A stretch of 64,000 nt of DNA from Trichoplax sp. H2 (lineage: Eukaryota): contig NOWV01000134.1 of NCBI GenBank assembly GCA_003344405.1, forward strand, positions 62,001-126,000, in the 5' to 3' direction. Each line of letters opens with the position of its first letter. Within the stretch, counting starts at the first letter, position 1. Both the position numbers and the translations under genes were made by a program. The notes beneath the pieces were generated by a model. The model was not told the DNA's origin and made no database searches. It saw only the letters and a program-made list of their open reading frames with translations. This document shows, one piece after another, positions 35,809 to 47,895 of this stretch.

Positions 35809-38800
35809 CACTTGATGGACTTCCAACTGTATGATTTTCGTTGAAATAATGGATGAATTAGTAATAAATCTACAGCTTGACTTACAGCTACATATTTTGC
35901 ATTATAGGTGTATATCTCCAGTTTTCCTCACCTGCAAATCAGTAGTTTCTACCTTACTAATTACTGTAATTTTAGGTATAACTTGCGAATAATTCAGTAC
36001 TTTCCTTTCATGTTAATAATTACCTTATGAATAGCCATAATTATTCTATCTAAGCTAGGTGTTGTAGATATTCATGTCATAATAGTTAAATACTTACGAT
36101 GAGTTACGAAACCGGGTCTTTAGCCATTAAAGGAATTGTTTGAAGATGAATATTAGGCAATGTAGCACAAACATTATAACATTTACGCTCAACTGCTCCG
36201 TTTCAATTATTAGTACTGTGGTATAGGCGGTAATTGCATAACAGGTAGTGCAGTGCTTATAACCTACAATATTGGTAATCAACTGATCGTATATACGAAA
36301 TGGAATACCAAAAGTAAATTACACACAATTTCTTCAAATAGGGGTTTGACTATTGTTTGTACGGAAAAGGTAAAGAAGTCCGTTAGAAATGGGGATCTGA
36401 TTATACAATTTCAGATATGACGCTGTGTGCTATATATTTAGATCAATAACGTAAGCTCTAGGAGTTAGGCTGTGATATACAGTTGAAATAGCTGCAGTGA
36501 TTCCATGAGTTATAGAGCAAGGCATAACAGGGTGAAAGTTCGTATAATTAAAGTTGATAATTATATAAGAATTATGGACGATGCAAATAATTATTTTGTA
36601 ATTAATCCCTTGAAAATGAGACTATTATAAAATGATTGCTCGATTTTCTTAAGATATTAACTAGTATAGCTCGCTTATATCAGTTCTTTTATTGAAAATG
36701 ATTTAACGTGAGAAAATATATTGTAATATTATAATACTTCACTCGCTAGAATACAAAGTGCTGGAAAATAGTTATTTATACAAAATCCCACGAACTATCG
36801 CGAAAAAGTAATAGCCCAGCTACTATTTGGTATTCTCAGTTTTTCAAAGGCATCTTAAGATTATTGCATATATGATGATTTATGAGTGCCACACACCACT
36901 AGTGACAAGTAAGTCTACACACGCCAACGCTAATGAAAGATGCCTCTTACTAAGTTTAAGAGATAAGATTCCCTGCATCACCAAATCTAACAGTTCCAAC
37001 GACCAAATATTACCAAAATTATAACGTCACGGATAAGCTAGACCAAAGCTGTGCAGACTTTATCTTGTGCATTATTTGTTACTCGCAAATGTATTACTGC
37101 CATAAGAATACTGTTAGTTTTTCAGATTTCTGCTCGATACCTAGTTTAACCTGAATATGTATAAAATAAGAAGCAAATAAAAATCATATTGATTAGTCCA
37201 TAAATCTATGGTAAATAAATACTGGAATATTCAATTTCGTTCCGAAAAGCTGCATAACAAAAGTAACTGTCAGACTTTACTAAATACAATTGCTGTCCTG
37301 ACTTGAGTAATTATCTAGGAATAATTAATTACAATTACAGTGACTTTATGAAATTTAAAGTATAGCTGCAAGTAGCCTTATGTAGCAAGAAATACAGTAT
37401 ATGAATGTGTGCAGTACATCGTTTTAATCCTGTATTTTATTATTACCTCCATTTATTTTCTCATATTGCCAAACAACCTTTATGCACTGTAAGAAATGTA
37501 GCATCCTTGATAACTAAATAATAACTTTATATTCTTAAATATAGCTAATTTTTTAATTCTTAAAAGATAGACGCCTTTACAATCATATTGCACTACATTC
37601 AAATATAGCTTGTCTTGTTTCGTTATTTCAGGGACTACTAAAAAGTTTTTCTGATTATTTATGGCATTTGCGGCCTTTGCTATTTCCTACCATCATTTGC
37701 CATTACATGGTCTTACACTGTATTACATAGGTTATATCTAACTCTACAATCATGTTCTCTGAATGTGTTCTTTCTCTAAAGCAACAAATACTGACGATTT
37801 CTGCCTCAGAATTAGTTAACTGTAATAGTCACAGTGCTAACTATTCTAACGTTACTTCATGTCAGTTTATATGCTGCTCTAGTGTAACTACTCCACGCTT
37901 GTAGTCTACGATTAAGAAACTATTTTCTTGCTCAACATATTTATGTAAATCTCTGATTGGCTGCTAAATTTACTTCCACTAAATCATTGAACTCTCTATT
38001 ACAGATATAATAGGAATACTATAAACAGGAATTCATAGCCATAGGGCTGCCAGCATGTAGGAATACTTGTAAATCATGGAATCATCTTTTTAATAGGGGA
38101 AGTTTTAACACAATTAAATTCCAGCAAATTCTGAAAAACACGGCAAATAGCGACATCGTTTACCCATACTGTTTGGATTGTTTAATCCAAACGTTCAGTT
38201 TCTATTGGTATCAAGTAGAGGATATTATTGTATTCACTGTGCCTTTGATGGTAAATACAGGATATTAGTTAGAAGCAACGTTATGCGATGTCGGATGATT
38301 TATTGTATTGACATTACAGTATTTACATATAAATATAGGTATCAGCGGAGCATGTAAATGGCAATCTACTATACGCAACTTGCGCTAAGCATGGATACTT
38401 GCAACTTAGAAGCAGTCACCATTTGCAAAGAATACAGTTGCATAGCATTACGGTAATTTTCTATTGGATGGATGGAAGCAAGCTAAGGGGCAGTGAATGC
38501 CATTGTATCTACTGAGTACATGACGATATAAGTAAAAGTATGGCAGAAAAAGCACACTAAATACAAATAAGTAAATCATACACTAAGAACAACGGCTCGA
38601 CAACATAAAGTTTGTCTTGTGCATTAAGTAAATTCTGTGACAGCTTCTAACTTCAGCTTGAAAGAAATAATCATGTACCTCCACAAATAAATTAGCAGTA
38701 CCGTATCGTAGTTATCTCGGCTAATAGGTTAAGTCATGGACTACTCAATGTTCTCCGGGGAATGTTTATAGACATTTATAGCCCATATTTAAGTCAATTA

Positions 38801-38939
38801 ATTGTAGAGTATTAATTTCTAATAGCACACCCGCACGTCATTACGTACCTGGTACGGGTATGCTCGTAGAAGGTTCTCTGTCTACAATTCTACTTGAGTA
38901 GTTTTAATTAGAGAATTCTTACTATACGACTTATATAAC

Positions 38940-39290
38940 ATATTGAGTTCGTTATTGACTATTATTTACTCTCTGAAATATAGTATTCTTTGCCAGACAT
39001 GCGTACACCTAAGTAAAGTTTAAAGTTTAATGCATGACCTTTTTCCTAGCTGCCTTTGTTGATCAATAATACTTAGATATATTATAATTAGATGCACGTT
39101 AGAGGGAGAGTTAGAGTTACCGAGAGCATATACAATTATATGCACATATTGAGCTAGTTTAACTTGGTTATTGACTGTTATTTACTCTCTGAAATACAGT
39201 ATTATTTCTTAGACGTGCATACAGCTAAGTATTAGGTTAAAGCGAGGCCTTTATCTTAGCTGTATTTATTGGTCAATCATAATACGGATA
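38940..39290. repeat. Diverged ~140-bp direct duplication upstream of P450 copy 7
   Basis: gttattgact.ttatttactctctgaaata.agtatt...ctaagta...tagctg...tcaat occurs at ~38950-39080 and ~39165-39290. Confidence 0.8.
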
Positions 39291-39432
39291 GTTATTACAG
39301 TACACTCTATTTGAATCCTGCGACATTTATTTACATCGGTGCAAAAGACAGTAGCATATTCTAGCCCTTCCTGAAGTATTTCATGACAGTGTTTTAATTG
39401 GAAATTAAGTGGAGAGGCAGATTATTGTCAAT

Positions 39433-40911
39433 ATGATTGGATTGCAGCTATCAACATCGCAAATCTTATTAATATCAGGTACAATTTTTGCCTGGTTTTT
39501 TTATAAGGCTTATATTAAACCTAAACGTTGCTTGAAAAATTTGGGCATAAGAGGTCCCCCTCCTAAACCCATATTGGGTAACTTGTTGGATTGTAAACCG
39601 GCTTTGCAACATATAGCTCAAATAGAAAGGCAAGAAAAATACGGTTATGTATATGGCACTTTATTTTTTTCCATACCAACCATATGGATTGGCGATGTAG
39701 ATATATTAAAATCAGTTTTAATCAAAGATTTCCCCAATTTTACCAACCATTTCGGTATCGCTAGTAACTTAGAACCGTTTAATAAGGCGTTATTAGAATT
39801 GAAAGATAGCGATTGGAAGCGAGTAAGAACTATTTTAGTACCAACATTTAGCGTATCACAGATAAAGGAAAATTTTTCCTTTGTTGACAAGGCTGGTGAA
39901 GGAATTGTTGCATCGCTCTTAAAGGCAGAGAAAGAAGGTGATTCGATTGATTTACGAAAGGTTTGTGGCAATTTTTCAATGGAAATTCTTCTTGCTACTG
40001 CCGCTGGAATGGAATTTGAGTCGAAAGAACAAGAAAAGAAATTAACTGCAGCTGCTAGTCAGGTATCTAGTGGTGCAGCCGGTCTAATGCAGTTATTATT
40101 ACTATTTGCAACACCGCTATTTCGTATCTTAGAGCCACTATCTGGTGGGCAATTTATGAACTCGTTACATTATTTAACCGATACTTGCAGAAAAGTAATC
40201 AAAGAAAGGAGGAAAAAAATGGCTGAAGGCATTGCATGTCGTAGAGATCTAATGCAACAGATGATCGAAGCTGGTGATAGCGATAAATTAGACGACAATG
40301 AAGTTGTCGCTCAGGCTGTGATCTTTCTTGTAGGAGGTTACGAAACTACAGCAAATACTTTAGCATTCGCTACCTACTTATTGGCAACAAACCCTGAAGT
40401 ACAGAATCGATTATATAATGAAATAAAAACAAAACTTAGCGATGCTGATCCATTAGATTATGATCGTGTAGCAGACTTACCCTATTTAGAAATGGTAATA
40501 TTGGAAACATTAAGAATATATCCACCCGCTTTTAGACTTACTCGGGCATGCAAAAATAATACTACAATTGATGGTCATCAGATCTCAAAAGAGGCTATGA
40601 TTGCTGTTCCTGTCTATGCTATTCATCATGACCCTAAATTATGGCCTAATCCAGAACAGTTTATTCCTGAACGCTTTGCGCCGGAAGAGAAATCCAAGCG
40701 TGCAGCTTGTGCATACCTTCCATTTGGTATGGGACCACGAAATTGCCTCGGAATGAAATTTGCTTTGCTAAAGATTAAATTAGCTCTTGTGAAAGTGTTA
40801 CAAAGTGTCGAATTAACTGTTACTGAGAAAACAGATGTTCCTTTACCAATAAAGTGTGGTATAACTATGGCTCCAGCTAATGGAGTACACCTAGGCTGTA
40901 AAAGAAGATAG
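39433..40911 (+). CDS. Cytochrome P450, clan 3-like, intronless (copy 7)
   Basis: ORF from 39409 (GTG), first ATG at 39433. WKRVR, GGYETT, ETLR, PERF, FGMGPRNCLG. Confidence 0.96.
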   Translation: MIGLQLSTSQILLISGTIFAWFFYKAYIKPKRCLKNLGIRGPPPKPILGNLLDCKPALQHIAQIERQEKYGYVYGTLFFSIPTIWIGDVDILKSVLIKDFPNFTNHFGIASNLEPFNKALLELKDSDWKRVRTILVPTFSVSQIKENFSFVDKAGEGIVASLLKAEKEGDSIDLRKVCGNFSMEILLATAAGMEFESKEQEKKLTAAASQVSSGAAGLMQLLLLFATPLFRILEPLSGGQFMNSLHYLTDTCRKVIKERRKKMAEGIACRRDLMQQMIEAGDSDKLDDNEVVAQAVIFLVGGYETTANTLAFATYLLATNPEVQNRLYNEIKTKLSDADPLDYDRVADLPYLEMVILETLRIYPPAFRLTRACKNNTTIDGHQISKEAMIAVPVYAIHHDPKLWPNPEQFIPERFAPEEKSKRAACAYLPFGMGPRNCLGMKFALLKIKLALVKVLQSVELTVTEKTDVPLPIKCGITMAPANGVHLGCKRR

Positions 40912-43150
40912 AGTAAAATAAAATTTAGCTATATCTGATAATGAATATGTAGTTGTCGCGAAGTGGCATTTGCTAAGTAATGCTTATCTTATTTTCGTTA
41001 GATAATATACTTTGGTATTTGTTGAGAATACCGTTATCTATGATATTATACATTCTTTCATAGATCAATGCGTACCATATAGCTTTACAATATTATCTAA
41101 GTACTAATTAAATTGATAATTACGATTAACGCTTATGTAGACTAAATACGCATTGGCTGAGATTGTAATAAACTTTGAGCTTAGTTGTGCCTGTATGCCT
41201 AAGAGAGACTTGCGGTGTTACTGTAAATACTGACGATCTTCTATCGTCAGTATTTAGAGTCTCACTTACTGTAGATGTCGGTGAAGACAAACCTGATATT
41301 TAGACTTGCAGTATTTAGTTTCTAGTTTTAATGTACGTTTTCCCGGTTACATCTTTGTGATTTATAACTGTAGCGTTGGGTCATATTGGTTTACGAATGT
41401 TAAACTCAACTAAGTTGGCAATAATAACCTCTTCATCCTTAAATTACATGATTATTGTTTACTACCGGTAGTTTAGAGACCAGCTATTAAATAAGTTGTA
41501 GATATTAGAAAAGATAAATACGATATTAGGTACAATTTTATCAATAGTAAGGTGAATTGATTGACAAAATCTATTATAATTATAATTCTAGTAGTATAAA
41601 CCGGCTTTTCATAAATCCAAGACATATGCTAGCTGTAGGTTTTTCTTATAAACTTATAAAAAATTACTCTAAATCTCTGAAAAATGGATTTATCTTGGTT
41701 TTCAAATCCAATTCGACTATTATTATTTTGCTAATTTTACTTGCGTCTTAAAGTTCCAAAATTACTATCGCTGGCTCAATTTAATATAAGCCATCAATCA
41801 TCGTCGCTGCATGCAAATAGGTGATTATGAAACCATATTCCTTATGCATACCGTAAAAGTGCATTATAGCATACACAGGATGGTTTGCTCGACCGCCAAT
41901 GATGATTAAATTAGCTTCGTACAAGAATTAGCGAATGGCTACAGTCTAATCTGTATTTACAGCTGCATGTTAATGTTTCATAATCCCATTAAGTTCTAGT
42001 CGAAGTAGTGATGGACATCAGAAGCCAAGTACTGTATCAATGGAAAGATGCGCGTAAAATAATTTATATAACAATTTTGCTTTTCGTTGTGCATATTCAA
42101 TTTATTATTCATCATTGAGGACCGAGTAGACTTTACGGCACATTCTATACTATTATGAATGTGTAGAAAATATTATTCAACTTTAGTCTATTTGTTTGCC
42201 TTTAGTTCAATTGATAATCTATAATTAATTAACATACATATGTAATGAATTGAGTGAGTAAACCGGAAATTACGAGTAATTTCCAATGTAACCTTAGCGA
42301 GCTACATCTAACATTTCAAAATCACTTATCACTTCTTCCAGGGCTCGCTCCATTAATGGTAAGCCATCAACTACTACTGCTATCACTGCGTGCAAATGGA
42401 TCGAAATTGAACGACATTCACTACTGTATGTATGTTATACCAGTGCATTATGTACAATAAAGTTTCTCAGTAGTCGTTAACGAATAAATTAAACTCGCAA
42501 AATTATAATGCAAGGCTAAATAATATACAATGTCTCTTTAATTGGCATTGTTTATTTTTGCTATTGAAATTTTCTTGTAATAATAATTGAATTTTTACTA
42601 ATTCTGTTCCGTCGACAACTGTGTGATGTTATATAGTAAATTACTGTAGAACCCACGCAAGTGCTTTACATAATGTTATTGAGTTTATAGACATTAACGT
42701 ATTCACGACGTTATTTAGCGGCATGTTTGGTTAAGCACTACTAGCAAGTAGAAAATGACTCTAGTGACTCGAAAAAGTTGTGTACTTCTATAGTTAATAG
42801 TTATGATAGCTTGTAGAACTACGACACTTATTATTTATATAATCCGTTAAAAAAAAACGTTGAATTTTGTTGACGTGGTTCATCAACAAAATTGATTTGG
42901 CTTTTTTTACTATCTCTTGGCTTACGAAACATTCCATCATTGATAAACTGTTATCGTTATTGTCTTGAAGGTTGATTTTAGAAATACAGACAAGAGTTAA
43001 GGTGTGTGAATATCACATCGAGAACCCAGAGATAATTAAATTTTCCATTTGATTTATATCTATATCCATTATAGCTATAAAATTAATTATCCGTTTGATT
43101 TAATCGGATATATCAAATTGAAACGATTTTGTACACGAGATTATAACAAC

Positions 43151-44627
43151 ATGAACTGGATTTCCATCGGCTTCGCAGATAGTACAGCTTATTATAGTTG
43201 GTCTAGTTTGGTATTTTTACAAATCATGGATTAGACCTTATCGTCTGTTGAAGAAGTTAGGCCTGAAAGTTCCATTTCCTAAACCTATTTTTGGTAACTT
43301 GTTGGATTGTCATCCTTCTATACAACATCTTGGTCAGTTAAAAAATCAAGAAAAATACGGTCGTGTTTATGGTAGTCTCTTTTTCTCTATACCTACTATA
43401 TTGATTGGCGAACCGGATCTTTTAAAATCGGTTTGTGTTAAGGATTTTTCCAATTTTTCCGATCGCTATCCTTTAGTCGACGGTATAGAGCCATTTGATA
43501 AAACATTACTAGAACTTAAAGGTACCGATTGGAAACGTGTCAGGAATATCTTATTGCCTACGTTTAGTGCTTCAAAATTAAAGTCGATTATGCCCTTTAT
43601 TGATAGAGCTGGAGATCGCCTAGTTGCAACGATACTTAAAGCAGACGAAGAAGGTCAATCTATCGATTTATGGAGAACTTGTGGTAAATTTACTATGGAA
43701 GTGATTCTAGCAACTGCATTCGGTATAGAATTCGAATCTAAAGAGCAAGAAAAAAAGTTAACTAATGCTGCCAGAGCCCTATTTGATACTTCACCTGGCC
43801 CCTTACAATTCTTACTGATATTTGCACCACCCTTATTTCGTGTATTAGAACCGAAATTAGGAGGTCAATTTATGAATTCGACATATTATTTAATGAAAAC
43901 TTGTAAACAAGTAATCAAAGAAAGAAGAAGAAACATGGCCCAAGGTATAGCCTGTCGTAGAGATATTTTACAACAAATGTTGGAAGCTGGCGATAGTGAC
44001 AAGTTAAACGATAAGGAGGTTGTTTCCCAAGCATTAATATTTCTTGCAGCAGGTTACGAAACTACAGCAAATACACTAGCATTCGCAACCTATTCGTTAG
44101 CAACAAATCCTGAGATACAACAACGAGTCTTTGACGAAATAAGTGACAAATTGAGCGAGAATGATTCGCTGGATTACGATAGTGTAGGCGATTTACCGTA
44201 TTTAGAAATGGTAATCGCTGAAACATTAAGAATGTATCCACCTATTTTTTTAGCCAATCGTTCTATAAAAGAAGATATGGAAATTGATGGTCTTCAAGTC
44301 TCAAAAGAGGCTATGATTGGCATCCCTGTTTACGCAATTCATCATAATCCTAAAATTTGGCCTGAACCAGAACAATTTAGACCGGAGCGATTTACATCCG
44401 AAGAGAAATCGAAACGTGATCCATGTACCTATCTTCCATTTGGTAATGGGCCACGCAATTGCATCGGAATGAGATTAGCCATGTTAGAAGTTAAATTAGC
44501 TATAGTTAAAATTTTACAAAAGGTAGAATTAATTGTAACTAAAGAGACAGATGTACCGTTACAATTAAAATGCGGTTCTACCTTGTCTCCAGCTAATGGT
44601 GTATACGTAGGCTTTAGGAAGAGATAG
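43151..44627 (+). CDS. Cytochrome P450, clan 3-like (copy 8), with a 1-nt frameshift right after the ATG (pseudogene or sequencing error)
   Basis: P450 frame is open 43155-44627, including the anchor TGFPSASQIVQLIIVGLVWYFYK, but is preceded by TGA at 43152-54. The ATG at 43151 is one base out of frame. All catalytic motifs are intact. Confidence 0.88.
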
Positions 44628-46393
44628 ACGATTAGCATGTTACTAGCTATGAGTCTATACTAGCTACGTATTTCGTCTAAAAAAATTATTACGATCCTAC
44701 ATGTCTTTAGTGATACATATCGTTTACGTTAACTTTATCATTCCATCGTTGTCTAATTGAAAGATGTTGTAGCACCTTGAATCAATTAGACATGTAATAT
44801 CTTGGAGGCTAATTTATAAATGGCGTTTAGATTGATTAACCTGTGTTATAACAGTTATCGTATATACCTATTATTATAATTGTGCTCCCTTTTTCATATT
44901 TTTAACGTCGTATTTATTTACTTAATTACGACGCATGGACTGATTTCTATGAATGATAGGCGGATCGAAGGTAGAGTTTATCTCTAAATTAATGCTGAAT
45001 TGAGTTTCTAAATTATCAAGTTACGATGACATTGATAATTTATTAATTAATTTACTTCCCTACAAAATAAGCATTTTTCTGAGTAATAATAAGTACATTA
45101 AAGAATTGCTACAGCTTGTTCTTGTTACTTATTATTTGTTCTATCATGATATACATCATGGAATAATTTCTACACGAAGCCAATGTCGACTTCTAGTTCT
45201 ATAAGAAATGATAATGATCAAGAATAAATCAAGCTACAGTATTACACTCTGATTTTTTCCTTCGGCTACAGGATTGTTAGACTATTTGAATTTTTCGAAT
45301 GGGCGGATATGGATGCCATTTTCCAGAAGAAAATACAACATAGCCAGCTAGATTTAGCATAGTCAGCGATTATTTACGGCTTGCAAATAAATGCTTACAA
45401 GCTTTTTTTTTAATCCTATTGCTGCTCACTGTAGAGATTAGTAATAATTGATGTTTGAAAAAATATATAAAGTCACTCAGCGTATGGTCATTTATTTTTA
45501 TATTTACTGATTCATCAGTCTCAATCTCTACTTTTAAGGTTGTCGTAATATGATTCTGTAAAGCCGTAACTTATCATTCAGTATTGCATACCTTGTACTC
45601 TATGTGGATCAATAATAATCAATCAATTTATCAGTCAGAATGAAATATACTAATCAGAGTGAATCGATGATAGGCCAATTATTGTTCAGTTGCGTTATGT
45701 CTCTAAATTAGGTTTTAGTAACTTTAGTGGGATTGCTGTCTAGCTGTTGATGCTGGTCGTTATTAAAATATTGAACTATTGCATGCAGCCTTAATATCTT
45801 CGTATTCTATACCAACTTGCTCAATGAATGCTTACCTTCTCATTGCATCGCGGTAATTATTTTTTTGCTGGCTAGAAAGTAATGAAATGATGCATGCCAC
45901 TCCATGCAATACTACTTCTGTTCACCAATAATGTTCATGATGTTATGCGCTACGCCATCGCCGTATTTTACACGGTTTAGCAGCACCGTATAATGTTGCT
46001 GTACACGGCCTTAAGTGAAATTATCGACGTGGCAGATTGGATCATGAATTGAATTTAGGATTGTTGATATTGGTATCCATTCTTTGCTTATTTTTCCCTA
46101 CCAACGGACTGTAATTAGCCATTGCTCATACTTTATATATTATCATCGAAGCGATCAATTTGTTGGCCAATGTATTATTTTGTTAATTTATCTACATATA
46201 TTTACATGTCGATGTTTTAGAATCACTTTAGACGGTAAGCATTGCGGGCTCTTCAATGGCAAGCTAATCATTGCTTTAATAGCAAGCAAATAGAAAGTCA
46301 TTGAATAATATTCTCTACGACTATCATAAATGGGCAACGTATACTACAGGGTCTACTTAGCCATCATTCGGACTAATCAATATAATCATTATA

Positions 46394-47575
46394 AGAATTA
46401 ATTAATCAAGACAGTACTGTGTATTGCATCGTAGGATAAAGCGATGGTATCGCCTAGCGAAGCTTTTGCAGTGGATTGTGCAGTGTTTCATGATATAAGG
46501 AGTGTTCCTAAGCGATGTCATGGTTTGATAGCGCCTACCAATTTATACTTCATGGTTAATGCTATTCTACTATCATCACTACTCAAATGAGAAGGAATGA
46601 CAACATTTTAGAATTAACACACTGCATCGTCGGATCGACCGATCGTATCGACTCGTGATGCTTTTGCAGTTGATCGTTGATAATTTGATTCTACACACTA
46701 TTTTGTTTTAGTGAGTGTTCCTAAGTAAAGTCATAGCATCGTAGCGCATACAAATGTAGAGGACTATTCTAATATTATTATCGCCGTCATAGTCGATATT
46801 ACTCTACTATCATCGCCGTTCCAATGAGGAATGACAACATTTTAGAATTAATTAATCAATACGGTACTGTGTATTGCATCGTAGGATAAACCGATGGCAT
46901 CGTCTGGCGAAGCTTTTTGCAGTGGATTGTGCGGTGTGTTTCATGATATAAATGAGGAATGAGAACATTTTAGAATTAATTAATCAATACTGTACTGTGT
47001 ATTGCATCGTAGGATAAACCGATGGCATCGCCTGGCGAAGCTTTTTGCAGTGGATTGTGCGGTGTGTTTTATGATATAAGGAGTGTTCGTAAGTAATGTC
47101 ATAGCATCGTAGCGCATACAAATGTAGAGGACTATTCTAATTATTATTATCGCCGTCATAGTCGATATTACTCTACTATCATCGCCGTTCCAATGAGGAA
47201 TGACAACATTTTAGAATTAATCAATACAGTACTGTGTATTGCATCGTAGGATAAACCGATGGCATCGCCTGGCGAAGCTATTTGCAGTGGATTGTGCGGT
47301 GTGTTTTATGATATAAGGAGTGTTCCTAAGTAATGTCATAGCATCATAGCGCATACAAATGTAGAGGACTATTCTAATTATTATTATCGCCGTCATAGTC
47401 GATATTACTCTACTATCATCCCTGGCGAAGCTTTTTGCAGTGGATTGTGCTGTGTGTTTCATGATATAAGGAGTGTTCGTAAGTGATGTCATGGCTTACA
47501 AGCACACACCAATTTATACGTCATAGTCGATACTATTCTACTATCATCACTGCTCTAAATGAGGGATGACATCAT
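46394..47575. repeat. Tandem repeat, ~240-bp unit, about 5 full or partial copies
   Basis: agaattaattaatcaatacagtactgtgtattgcatcgtaggataaaccgatggcatcgcctggcgaagc... recurs at ~46394, ~46610 (degenerate), ~46843, ~46972 and ~47213, with internal deletions. Confidence 0.93.
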
Positions 47576-47895
47576 TTTGCAATCGATACTGGTTATGCTT
47601 TTATAGTTTGTTACGTTGCAGTCTTTTATCTACAAGTGATGTCATGCCTTCACAGGTCATACCACTAGGGTGGACGTGTGGACGTCCACGTCAACATTCT
47701 CTTTGTTGGCTGGTGTCCATACGATACACGGATGTGAAGACGACTTTGTATTGGTTTTACTGCCCCCCTCGCCCTGATCGAGACACTCATGTAACGATTG
47801 CTTTGTATGGGTTGTAGTGCCACACCCTGATCGATACCAGCAAGCGTTGACGTTGGCCGACGGTTGACGCCGACGCATAGAAGACTATTTGCAGA

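Noticed and set aside
3824..44638. Short antisense or alternate-frame ORFs inside the P450 genes (e.g. 3966-4157, 9201-9386, 19364-19609, 44429-44638), similar to each other
   Set aside because: They are shadows of the conserved P450 coding sequence, and their mutual similarity comes from the sense-strand paralogy.
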